Below are positions 1 through 11,925 of a stretch of 64,000 nt of DNA, in pieces; the first letter of the stretch is position 1; every line of letters starts with the position of its first letter. The DNA lies in the NCBI RefSeq assembly GCF_964213995.1, contig NW_027590151.1:620001-684000 (forward strand), given 5' to 3'. This DNA comes from Mustelus asterias (Eukaryota). The notes beneath the pieces are model-generated. The model was not told the origin of the DNA. It saw nothing but the letters and a program-made list of their open reading frames with translations, and did no database searches. A program made the position numbers and the translations under genes.

Positions 1-95
1 CCGACCCCCTCCCCCTCGCATTGAAGGAACTGCCTGACAGAATATAGTGTGTGGTAATGATGTGTAACACAGACTTGAGCAACTTGTGAAATTAC

Positions 96-147
96 CGGTT
101 AACAGAGCTGCCGCTGTGAGGAATAAATACCGAGTAACAGGAGACAT
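96..147 (-). CDS. TCR alpha/delta V leader exon (V1); V exon lies left of the window
   Basis: Minus strand reads ATG...MSPVTRYLFLTAAALLT+G, followed by a GT donor at 95-94. It is a close paralog of the leader at 23721-23772, and the upstream promoter with its CCAAT box is also homologous. Confidence 0.85.
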
Positions 148-1462
148 GTTTGCAGAGAGCTCGCGGCGGATCTGACCAGAGCGGGTGGGAGATGTCATTG
201 TTTCAGTTAAGAGTTGAAAGAGGCGGAGTCATATCCAGGCCCCTGTGGATTGGTTCACTGCTGGAAACATCATCAGATGACATCCAATCGGCTTCAAGCT
301 CCTTTGTTCTTCAGTTCACCCAATGATCTCACAGCTCCTTTATCTCCAATTCACCCCATAGGCGGAGAGACGGAAGGAACAAAGTGAAGTTGGCCATCCC
401 ACGGCAGGGGATTATTTTCCTCTTCAACAGTTATTTCATGAACCGACCGGTCCCCTGAGTGTTGATGGGTCTGTTCTGACATGGAGAATGACAATGTTCA
501 TCCCTACAGCAACATGTCAAGCAGTTTGTTATCGATCATGTTTGGGACAGCAGCTACAGTGCGGGGGAGGATGAATTTTTAGTTGAAACATGTACTTCAC
601 AAGAAGTGGTAGAATAATGAAGAGTCTGTGATATTTCCATACGATCTTCCCTCAATTTGTAACTTTGCCGCCTGTGAAATCCTCTTTCAGAGTGGAAGTA
701 TAGCTTGCCACGCCATTGGACTGCTGATCCAATCGGTGCCAAACAGGGAAAAGCAGCAAAGGTCAATATCTACAATAAAATCTCTAATAAAACAACACAG
801 ATGAGGCAGGTCAAAGTGAGAACCACACAGGAAAGCTGTGGGTGTGGCTGCCATAGGCAGTGTGGTGAGATGTAGAATTTATCTGCAAGGAATTGAACTC
901 AATAACACTATCACATTGGAAATCATATAAATTTGCCTGTCTGTAGGAGCGGCAGCTGAATGTTCATTCCATACCGCGGACCAACAGTCTCGCACCAGGA
1001 AGGTCAGGGTTAGTAAATGATCCAATACAAAGCGGGATCTTCATCAGTGATGTAGATGGAAAGTGGGACCGAATAGCTGAGTAGCTGGATTGGAGAGGTT
1101 CTCAATGAATGTACGAGGTAACAGAAAAAGCTTTAAATGTTTACGTTAAAGGTTGGGGAAGGGAAAGGGACACAATTTCCATAAATCAGCAGACAAGGAC
1201 AGTCTGGGACAAATAGGCAGGGAAAGGCATCGAAAACCAAAGAGAAGGCGTTGATGTATCTCAGATCGATTTGTCAATCTTAATTCAATTGCACATGTCA
1301 GTTACGATCATTGACAAATATAGCTGCAATGGGACCACACCAGTTGCTGTTTTTGAGTGTTGTCATTTGTTGCAATGTTAAGAGTTTTCGACACTCTGTG
1401 GAAACTGTATTACCTGCGATAATGTGTGAGCGCACCCTGCTGGGCACTAACTGGAAGTCTGG

Positions 1463-1502
1463 GGTTTTTGCACGGCATTCACTATATCTCTGCAGCAGTG
1501 TG
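1463..1502 (-). other. Recombination signal sequence of V2 (CACACTG, 24-nt spacer, GCAAAAACC)
   Basis: Heptamer at 1502-1496 abuts the coding end; nonamer at 1471-1463; the spacer is 24 nt (23+1). Confidence 0.85.
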
Positions 1503-1806
1503 GGCTTCGTGGCACAGAAGTACACGGCGCTGTCGTAGATCAGTGTGTTACTGATCGTTAGTTCGGTAATCGTGTTCTTTTTATTAAATTTGGAAGAAAA
1601 CCGATCATTGAGGTCGGTGTTCCTTTGCACGTTCTCACCTATAAGCTGAAACATGTACACTGGAGCTTTCCCGGGCTGCTGACTGTACCAGTACACATGA
1701 GGGCTGGAATCGCTTGTTTTCAAGGTACAGGTTAGTGTGACATTACTTTCCTCTTTAACCGATATTTCAGGATCCATTTGTTCCACTTTGTCTTGGAGGG
1801 TCCATT
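1503..1806 (-). CDS. TCR alpha/delta V exon (V2), open frame; functionality doubtful because of its leader
   Basis: Polypyrimidine tract and AG acceptor at 1808-1807. Ig V-set motifs: VTLTC, VYWYSQQPGKAP, DSAVYFCATKP. An RSS follows directly. Confidence 0.9.
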
Positions 1807-1923
1807 CTAACAGAAACAACAGCAATAATGACAATCAGAGTCAGCCTCATATTACCGATTGCAAGCGTTTATGTCGCTGATGTAAATCACCATTTAAAGT
1901 CAACAAGGCTGGATGTAATTGTT

Positions 1924-2055
1924 GAGCTCTGATGAAGGGTCATCCAGACTCGAAATGTCGGCTCTATTGTCTCCACAGATGCTGTCAGACCGGCTGAGAT
2001 CCCAGCATTTTCTGTTTTGTTTCAGATTCCAGCAGCCGCAGTCATTTGCTTTATC
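1924..2055 (+). mobile_element. Penelope-like terminal repeat fragment with a minimal hammerhead ribozyme motif (1924-1964)
   Basis: GAGCT-CTGATGA-A-GGGTC(ATCCA)GACTC-GAAA-T-GTC-GGCTC. The same repeat recurs near 11930, 22920, 31160, 37815, 45135 and 55820. Confidence 0.7.
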
Positions 2056-2369
2056 TTAAGAGATTGTTCCTCAACTTGAAATTGACAAAATAAATTGATA
2101 CGATTGGCTGATTCAAACATCCAAATGGAATGTTTAAGGGAACAATCACATGGTCAGAACAAAAAGAAACTAACAACTAACAGTCAGGTGGTTCCTCAGC
2201 GTCAAAAACTATTTATTTTGCACAACAATACTTCTACTTGAATTTGGGTTAATTTAGGAAAAAAAGTCAGGGAAAATTTAGTGAGTTATTTTTAGGTTAT
2301 GAAAGACTATCCAAAACTAAGATGGTCTTGATAATGCCTGAAATCAAACATGATTATAATATATGAAAT

Positions 2370-2650
2370 ATGATATGGGGTAGGCCATTTAGGAGTGAGA
2401 TGAGGAGAAATATCTTTATGCAGAGAGTGGTGAACTTGTGGAATTCACCAGCACAGAAGGCTGTGGAAGCCAAAACATTAGAAATATATCTATTTCCTTC
2501 TGAGATATATTCAGACTCTGAAAGCATCAAGGAGTTTGGGGAGATCAGTGGAGAATGGTGTTGAGATAAGGGATCAGGCATGATCATATTGAACAGCAGA
2601 GCAGGCTCAAAGGGCCAAATGACCTACTCCTGCTTCTATTTTCTATGTTT
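2370..2650 (+). mobile_element. CR1 LINE 3' end fragment
   Basis: FRSEMRRNIFMQRVVNLWNSP, the CR1 ORF2 C-terminus, followed by a typical 3' UTR ending ttctatgtttct. Confidence 0.8.
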
Positions 2651-2710
2651 CTGGAAGTCAACAAAACAAGATTCTCATCAGGACTGTTGTTAAAGAGGGA
2701 AACATCTCAC

Positions 2711-2757
2711 TGCAGTGAATTGGAATGCAAACAAACTGAATGATGACCGTATAACAT
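2711..2757 (-). pseudogene. Candidate leader exon of V2 with a +1 frameshift
   Basis: ATG...A followed by a GTGAGA donor. It is 47 nt versus 46 nt for the paralogous V3 leader; removing one base gives a hydrophobic MLYGIIQFVCIPIHC. Confidence 0.45.
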
Positions 2758-3072
2758 TTCCAATCTCTCGGGCGTGGATAGAGAGGTGAAATAGCTTTTG
2801 GTTTTCCAGTACCTCTTCTGGGTGCTCTAATTTAAATCGCTACTCTATAATGGTGAGAATTCCCTGCAGTCGATAGCGGCGGACATTGGGTCCTCAGCGA
2901 TTGGAAAAGACCAGAATGGGAAATAGATAAACAACACATTGTAAATGAACTAAATGGTGAGGGAAAGCGGATTGTCTATTTGATGGATTTGAGCAGAATG
3001 GGGATGTGTGTTCAGCCCACGGACTCGGTGATCATGAGTTGATAATTAGAAATTAGATTATTTATTTTTAAA

Positions 3073-3357
3073 AGTTGAAGTTTATCTATTAGTGAAAAGT
3101 AAGGCTTACATTAACGCTGCAATGAAGTTACTGTGAAATTCCCCTAGTCGCCACACTCTGGCGCCTGTTCTGTTCAATGCACCAAACCAACACATCTTTC
3201 AGTCTGTGGGAGGAAACCGGGGCACCAGGAAGAAATCCACGTCGACAAGGGGAGAACGTGCAAACTTCACACAGACAGTGACCCAAAACGGGAATCGAAC
3301 ACAGGTCCGTGGCGCTGTGAGGCAGCAATGCTAACCACTGTGCCACTACCGCCCACG
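3073..3357 (-). mobile_element. tRNA-derived V-SINE, second shark family
   Basis: Head GGCACAGTGGTTAGCA..., V-domain core, and tail ...CACAGTAACTTCATTGCAG...AATAAACTT. Other copies at about 4196-4500(+), 29428-29710(-), 40009-40253(+), 49132-49433(+), 49757-50010(-) and 51607-51904(+). Confidence 0.85.
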
Positions 3358-3939
3358 GTAATAACAATGTTCCCCTCCTATCATCACTTCCATAAGGATT
3401 GGGGAGGTGAAGATTCTGGATGCAGTCAAAGGGAAGAGAAATAAAGAGATAATGGAGAAAGAAATGGATGAAAATTCTGAGTGAGTGATATGAAGTGAGG
3501 ACGTCCTCTGGGATGTAAAACCAACAGAGATCAATTTTGTGAAAAGGTTTATTTTAAGAATGTCGATATCCGCGTTAAATGTACTCAATGACCTACCATT
3601 TACAGCACTCTGGGATACAGAATTCCACAGATTATCAACCTTTTAAGAAAATAATTTTATCTTCATCTGTTCTAAATCTGCTGTCCCTTTAGCCATGACT
3701 TCTCGTTCTAGATTGCCCCACACGTGGAAATATCCTCTCGATGTCCACTCTGTCAATCCCCGTTAGCATCTTACATTCCGCAATGAGATCACCCACCATT
3801 CTTCTAAACGCATTCTTCTTGTCATGGCATCATGCTCGAATTGCTGGAAATAGTGGAGGATTATTCAGTGAATGCAGACGCTGGTGATGTGAAAAGTGGG
3901 GACAAGAGTAACCTTATAATCATTCTGGAAGGAAGAGAA

Positions 3940-4810
3940 TGAGATTGAATGCAAGAATAGGGATGTTATGATGAAGCAAAATAAAACACTTCTGAGGCCA
4001 CAGATGGATTACTGTGTGCAGTTCTGGACGTAACACAATAGGATGGACGTGATTGCACTACAGAAGGTGCAGAGGAACTTCACCAGGATGCTGCCTGGCC
4101 TGGATCGTTTCGGCCATGAAGAGAGGTTGCATAGGCTGGAGTTATTTTCATTACAGCAGAAAAGCCTGGGGGGGGGCGGGGGGGAACCTGATTGGAGGTA
4201 CAATGGCACAGTGGTTAGTACTGATGCCTCACAGCGCCAGGGACACAGGTTGGATTGCTAGCTTGGGTCACTGTTTGTGTGGAGTCTGCACGTTTTCCCC
4301 ATGTCTGTTTGAGTTTCCTCCGGGTGCTCTGGTTTCCGAACACAGTCCGAAAGACAAGCTGGTTAGGTGCTTTGACCATGCTAAATTATCCCTCAGTTTA
4401 GCGACAGGCGTCGGAGTATGGCGACTAGGGGATTTTCACAACAACTTAATTGCAGCATTAATACATGCTATGTTCTTTGTGACAACATTAAACAAATAAA
4501 TGTCTTCGATTGGAGTGTATAAAATTATGAATGGCACAAATAGGGCGGAGAGGAAGAACTTTCCCCCTTAGCAGGTGGATCAATAACCAAGGGGCATGAA
4601 TTGATTTTAAGGGGCATGAGTTTTAGAGCAGATGTTAGGAAAACATTTTCATCCTGAAGGTGGTGGAAATTTGGAACTCACTGCCTGATAGGGAGATAGA
4701 GATGGGAACCATCACATCATTTAAGAAGTATTTAGATGAGCACTTGAAATGCCATAATATACAAGACTACGGGTCAAGTGCTAGAAAATGGAATTAGAAT
4801 ACATAGATGC
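3940..4810 (+). mobile_element. CR1 LINE 3' fragment split by a V-SINE (about 4196-4500)
   Basis: DVIALQKVQRNFTRMLPGL...; the CR1 sequence resumes after 4510. Confidence 0.8.
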
Positions 4811-5300
4811 TTGAATCGAACCCAGAAAAGTGTCCTCATCCACTCTGATTCATTCCTAATCCAATCCACAGCGTTCACTATTGGGGATGGGTGTGGCGCT
4901 GAAGGCTGTTGGTGGTGGTGGTGGGGGGGGGGCGGTGCGGGGTGGTGCTGTGGGTGGGAGTGGGGGTGGGATGGTGCAGGTGATAATGCCGATGGGCTGA
5001 GGGTAGGGCTGTGCTTGAAGGATGGAATGACAGCTCTTTTAATGGGGGGGGGGGAGGAGGTATGTTGCAGCTGAAGGAAAATGCTGCAGTCAATAACATC
5101 CCTCCCAGGTAAAAAGGAGGACACTCTACACTGGAGTTCAATGTGCCCAGCTCATGATACATCAGAACATTTAAATGGTTCAAATCCGGAGTAATTCATC
5201 AGGTGCCAAATAATTTCATTTTTACTATTTCTCTAATTCCTGTTCATCACTTAATCTGTGCAGACCCCAGACAAACATGCTGTGATGGTGGAATATCTGC

Positions 5301-6765
5301 TCACTCTTTAATTAACTTCACAATCCGAGTAAATGGAAATTTCACCAGCTTCTTCAGATCCTTTCTGAATTGTGTCTGGGTCACTGCATAAATGCATGTG
5401 TTGGTGCAGCAACTCAGGAGTTGAAGCATAAATCCCAGTTCGATTACACACCCAGGTATGTAGAAAATGATTACACGTAAATCATACAATCGTAGACAAA
5501 AAGAACTGAACAGGTACACTGACCATAACAGGATAAAATTTGCAGATAGAGAAAACAGTAAGATGATAGATTTCCTTCGCTTCTCTATCTCTGGGTCAGT
5601 TGCAATCTCGCCACTCGTGGGGCTCCGAAATCTCTTGCGGATTTTGCTCGACATTAGAATATGTTTAACGGTTAAAACATTGAGCAGCAGAATCAACAAG
5701 AAAGGAACAAACGGTGTTAAAATATAATGTAGATTTTCAACTGCTCCCCATATTGGTGAATTCCTGACATCTGAAAGTACAGAACAAAAATAAGGAGAAT
5801 TTGCAAACAAATATGTATCCTCACACATGAAGTACCAGAAAGTGTTCTTTACACTGAACAGCACACTCACTGTTCCGAGAACCACAGCTGCCGTTTTCTC
5901 GGTGCAGTATTTTATTTTCAGCTTCTGCCAGGTAATGGCCACGAATCGATCAAAGGTGAACGTGACAGTAAACCAAACAGAACAATCAGTGACAGCATAA
6001 AGCAGGACGGCATGGATATTACACACTTTAATATTATAGACGAATAGAAATTGATCACTAAAAATGATAGGAATTTGCCTCAACATGAGATCAATGATGA
6101 CGACCAGCAGATCTGCCGCTGACATGGAGATTAGGTAACGTGTGACACATTTGGAAAGTCCACATCTTCCTCGAGACAGTATAAGAATCGTTATTAAGTT
6201 CACTGTAAGGAAGAGAGACACAATTAACTCACATTTCAGACTGAAAACAGGAGCAGTGGTCTGTCAGGATTCTATGGAACAGCTGCAGCATTTTTACAGA
6301 ATCAGCCGAAGAATAAAATTGATTTATCTGTTCTGCTGAGACAGGGTGTACAGTCATAAAGCACTGCACTGATGTAGCAAGAAACCAGATTCACCAACAG
6401 ATCTGATCTCCAAGGCAGCAAAGAAGCCGGCAGAGATGGGGAACGAATGGGGTGATCAAGGAGATGGGGTGGGGGGGATGTTGGCAGAGAGGGGGAAGGG
6501 AAGGAAATAGAGTGCAACCACCAGGCGCGAGTAGGGAGAATGGCTGCCGGGAGGAGAGAGAAATCTTCCAACTGCATTAGCACATAAGGAACATAACGTT
6601 TGCAAATAATAATATTATTAAGTGCTTTTCATGGACACGGGCAATAACCGGAGTGAAATTAGACTCACCAGTCACACCAACTGCAGCGAGGAGTGGGTAG
6701 TAAGTCCTTTGGATATCGCGAAGTACCCAAATTATACGAAGCTCAAGTGGAACAACCCAGAACAT
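5301..6765 (-). CDS. Class A orphan GPCR, GPR139-like, two exons (6765-6669 and 6202-5301), 332 aa
   Basis: Exon 1 MFWVVP...YYPLLAAVGVT ends G/GTGAG. Exon 2 follows a cttacAG acceptor and continues VNLITILILSRGRCGLSKC. It has hydrophobic TM segments, ADLLV (TM2), FTFDRF (TM3) and NTCIY (TM7). Splice phases match and the frame is intact (999 nt). Confidence 0.88.
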
Positions 6766-8454
6766 AGTTTACCGACTCTGAGCTTCAATGATCTCTGGTT
6801 GTGCTGGAGGCCACTCTCATTTTTAACAGTGGTGTGCACGATAAAAACATTGCCTATTTATAGACCAAGGAAAGTCCCCGGTGAAACAATTAAACTCTGT
6901 ACCTACTGACATTAATCACAATCGCTGAACAAACAACATGAATTCAGCTTTTATTGCAAATTACATGTTTCTTGAAAGCCTTTTGCAATCACAGTAAATT
7001 ATCTGATTGAAGACAAACACATTGGTCCAAGGAGTGGTGAAAGCTGGGATTATTGGTTAACACTATGTTACTGAACTGAAGTGAATTAAAACAGTTAGGA
7101 ATATTTCTATCACATAATGTCATCTAGAATTTCAGAATTTCAATGAAGTTGTCATCGTGAAATAGCTGCAGATTCGGGGAATAATGTTGATCCTTCCGCT
7201 GATACAAGTGAGATGCCAGAAGTAGGATGATTGGAAATATTGCACTGCTGGTATTCAGCAAGAAACAGGTCTTAATCCGATAAAAATAATCATTTACCCT
7301 GGTATTGTTCACAAATATTATTTTATGGAGATTAATCGGAGGGAGAGGCAAATGACGTGTCCAACCTGCTTTCCGAAACACACGTAACATTTCCTGTATT
7401 ACTGGTGATAAGTGAGGATGTGTCCTGTGTCCCTCACTCAAACTTACATCTTCTTCCTCACGACTTGCTCCTTTCAGCCTGTGTGGAAGCAATTCCTTCG
7501 ATTTGTATGTGCTGCCTTCTCAAAATATATTGCACTTTCAATTCACTCTACCTGGTAATATTTAATTCCTTCTGTTATTTTTGGTCGGAGTTAAAACAAT
7601 CATCAGTCCAGCCTATTTGTAAACCTGACAAAAAATGACATATTTAACCTGAATTATACCCAATATTATTTAGACATACCCATTCAGTTGCACAAAACTC
7701 TGGTGATATACAGAAGAATAGAAAAGTAATGGTACAGAAACGGGCCATTCAGCCCATCATGCATCTCCGGATACAACAGAGACAAATGGAATTAGTGGCT
7801 CCGTCTAATCCCACATTCTATCAACTGCTCCGTGGCCTTGCATGTTCAAAACCTTCAGATGGTGAGCCCATATTAGAAATAATGTGTATACCTTTGGCTA
7901 TCGATATAAAAAGGGAAATGTAAATGTCTTTGAGACAGTCCAGAGAAGGTTTACTAAACGATTTCCAGTAATGAGCGGGTTGTCTCATGGAGATGGTTGG
8001 ACAGAGTAGACATGTACACACTGGAAGTGTGAATAGTAAGAGGCGACTTAATGGAAGAGTTTAAAATCTTGAGGGATGTTGACATTGTGGATGTGCACAG
8101 AATGTTTCCACTTCGGCGAGAATCTAAAGTAAGGGGCCGCTCATTAAAGACAATGATGAGCAAAGTTTTGCCTCTCAGATCGTCGTATGAACAGTCAAAA
8201 GAGGAGGATACATAGGCGATTAAGCCCATGGAGCCCGCTCCTCCGTTTCAAAACTTAATTCTAACATCAAATTTGCACTCCACCTACACCTGATCACCAA
8301 TCACGTATGACACAGCAAAAACATCCACATCTACCTTTAAAATAATGAACTCTCTGCTGCCACTGCTTATTGAGAAAGAGAGTTCCAAAACATGAGGCCG
8401 TAAGGAATAAGGACAAGGGCAGGCCATTCAGCCTTTCAAGCCTCTTCATCCATT

Positions 8455-11400
8455 ACTGCAATTGTATCGGATGTTGGTGAGACCACATCGGGAGTATTGT
8501 GTGCAGTTTTGGTATCATTATCTTTGGAAGGATTTCATTGCCCTGCAGGGAGTACAGCGAAAGTTTACCAGGCTTATATCTGGGATGGCAGGTCTGTCGT
8601 ATGAGGAGGTCAGTTAGCATGCCATTCACTCTAATTTAGAAGACTCAGGGAGGACTCATAGCAACTGACAAAATTCTAACAGGCTGAGACAGGGTAGTTT
8701 CAGAAAGAATGTTCCGAATGATGAGGGAGACCAGAAGTGGGCTCGCATATCTCAGCACGTCTGAGGGCATTTTTGCAGAGAGACCATCAGAAGGACATGG
8801 ATGTTCCGGAAATTAGGGAAATAAATAATGTTTTGAGGAGTTTACATATTACAGAGAACAGGTGCTGGAAGTCTTAAAGCGTATCCCGTTGGATAAATCC
8901 CCGGGACCTGCTGCAGTGTATCCTAGGACGTTGTAGGAGGCTGGAGAGAAAATTGCAGGTCCCCTAGCAGAGATAGTTGAATCATCGATAGTCACAGGTG
9001 AGGTGCCCGAAGACTGGAGGGTGGCAAATGTTGTGCCTTTGTTTGAAAAGGGCTGCACGGAAAAGCCTGGGAATTACGGGCCAGTGAGCTCACACCTGTA
9101 GATTTTACATGCGTTTGTGGGACATGGGTGTCACTGGCTGGCCAGCATTTATTGCCGATCCCCAGTTGCCCAAAGGTCGTTGAGAGGAAAACACATTGCT
9201 GTGGTTCTGATGTCACATATAGGCCAGACTGTGCGATGGAGCAGATTTCCTTCCCTAAAGAACATTAGTGAACCAGATAGGTTTTCCTAACAGTCAACAG
9301 TGGTTTCATGGTCATCGGTAGGTTATTAATTCAAAATATTTTTTTATTGAATTCAAATTCCACCATCTGCCATGGTGGAATTTGAACCCCGGTCCCCAAA
9401 AAGTAGCTGAATTTCTAGATGAATAGTTAAAGGATGAGACCACGAGGCCATCGCCTCTGCTAACTAAGTTGCTCAAATGTATTCTGAGAGACAGGGTCTA
9501 AGGGCTTTTGGAGTGGCAAGGACTGATTAGGGACAGTCAGCATCGCTTTGTGAGTGGAAATTCATGTCTCACAAATTTGATTGAGTTTTTTGAAGGGGTA
9601 ACCAAGAAGGTAGATGAGGGCAGTGCAGTCGATGTTGTCTACATGAACTTTAGCAAGGCCTTTGACAACGTACCGCATGGTAAGTTGTTGCATGAGATTA
9701 AAACTCACGGGATCCAGGGTGAAGTAGTCAAATGGATACAAAATTGCCTTGATGCAGAACACGGAGGGTGCTGGTAGAGGGTTGGTTTTCAAGCCTGTGA
9801 GCAGCAGTGTGCTTCAGGGATCGCAGTTGGGTCCATTTTCATTTGTCATTTGTGTTAATGATTTGGATGAAAATTTCGGAGGCATGGTTAGTAACTTTAC
9901 AGATGACACCAAGATTGGTGGCACAGTGGAAAGTGTAGAAGGTTATCTCGGATTGCAGCGGGATCCTGATCAATTCAGACAGTGGGCTGGCGAATGGCAG
10001 ATGGAGTTTAATTTAACGAAATGCGAAATGATGCATTCTGGTAGATCGATCAAGTGCAGGACTTACTCAGTTAATGGTAGAGCATTGGCGAGAGTTAAAG
10101 AACAAAGGGATCTCGGGGTACATGTTCATAGCTCATTGAAAGTGGAGTCACAGGTGGACAGGGAGATGAAAAGGCATTCGGAATGCTTGGTTTCATTGGT
10201 CATAACATTGAATACAAGAATTGGGACGTCTTGGTGAAGTTGTAAAAGACATTGGTAAGGACACACTTGGAATACTGTGTACAGTTCTGGCCACCCTATT
10301 ATAGAGTCATAGCGTCAGAGACGTTTACAGCATGGAAACAGGCCCTTCGGCCCAACTTGTCCATGCCGCCGTTTTTTTAAAAACCCTTATGCTAATCCCA
10401 ATTTCTCACATTTGGCCCATATCCTTCTATACCGATCGTACCCCATGTAACTTTCTAAATGCTTTTCAAAAGACGAAGTTGTACCCGCCTCTACTATTAC
10501 CTCTGGCAGCTTGTTCCAGACTCTCACCACCCTCTGTGTGAAAAAATTGTCCCTCTGGGCACTTTTGTACCTCTTCCCTCTCACCTTAAACCTATGCCCT
10601 CTAGTTTTAGACTCCCCTAACTTTGGGAAAAGATATTGACTATCTACCTTGTATGTGCCCCTCACTAGTTTGGAGTCTATAAGGTCACCACTCAGCCTCC
10701 TACACTCCAGAGAGAAAAATCCCAGACTATTCAGCCTCTCCTTATAACTCAATCCATCAAGTTCTGGTAACTTCCTAGTAAATCTTGTCTGCACGCTTTC
10801 TAGTTTAATAATATCCTTTCTATAATATGGTGACCAGAATTGCACACAGTATTCTAAGTGTGGCCTTACCAATGTCTTATATAACTTCAACAAGACGTCC
10901 CGATGCCTGTAATCAATGTTCTGACCGATGAAACCAAGCATGCCGAATGCCTTCTTCACCACTTTGTCCACCTGTGACTGCACTTTCAAGGAGCTATGAA
11001 CATCTACCCCTAAATCTCTTTGTTCTGTAACTCTCACCAACGCCCCACCATTAACTGAGTAAGTCCTGCTCTGGTTCAATCTACCAAAGTGCATCACTTC
11101 ACATTTGTCGAAATTAAAGTCCATCTGCCATTCGTCAGTCCATTGGCCCAATTGATCAAGATCCCATTGCAATTGGAGATAATTTCTTCACTGTCCACTA
11201 TGCCACCAATCTTGGTGCCATCTGCAAACTTACTTACCATGCCCCCTATATTCTCATCCAAATCATTAATATAAATGACAAGTAACAGTGGGCCCAGCTC
11301 TGATCCCTGAGGCACACGGCTGGTCACAGGCCTCCAGTTTGAAAAACAAATCTCCACAACCACCCTCTGACTTCTGTCAAGAAGCCAATTTTGAATCCAT

Positions 11401-11925
11401 TCAGATACCTCACCCTGGATCCCGTGAGATTATAGAAAGGATATTATTAAACTAGAAAGAGTGTAGAAAAGATTCACTCGGATGCTACCAGGACTTGATA
11501 GTTTGAGTTACAAGGAGAGCTTGGATAGACTGGGACTTTTGCTCTGGCGAGTAGGAGGCTTAGGGACGATCTTATAGAGATCTATGAAATAACGAGGGAC
11601 ATAGATCAGCTAGATAGTCAATATATTTTCACAGTGGTAGGGGAGGCTAAAACTGGAAGGCATAGGTTTAAAGTGAGAGGGGAGAGACATAAAAGGATCC
11701 AGAGGAGCAGTTTTTTTCACACAGAGGGTGGTGAGTGTCTGGAACAAGCTGCCAGATGTAGTCGTAGTGGCAGGTACAATTTTGTCTTTTAAAATGCATT
11801 TAGAGAGTTCCATGAGTAAGATGGCTATCGAGGAATATGGGCTAAACGCGGGCAATTGGAACTAGCTTGGTCGTTAAAAAAGGCCTGATTCAATGCTGTA
11901 AATCTGTGTGACTCTTTGACTCTAT
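8455..11925. mobile_element. Nested CR1 LINE cluster: plus-strand CR1 interrupted by a DeuSINE (about 9105-9460, minus) and an antisense CR1 (10306-11428)
   Basis: RT motifs DVVYMNFSKAFD, QGS and FTDDTK/FADGTK. An 8-bp TSD ATTATAGA lies at 10298-10305 and 11429-11436. Confidence 0.9.

Noticed and set aside
554-766. 70-aa ORF between V1 and V2
   Set aside because: Non-ATG start, and no Ig motif, splice context or recognisable domain.
4774-5183. Pro/His- and Gly/Trp-rich ORFs
   Set aside because: These are translations of a G-rich low-complexity tract downstream of the GPCR.
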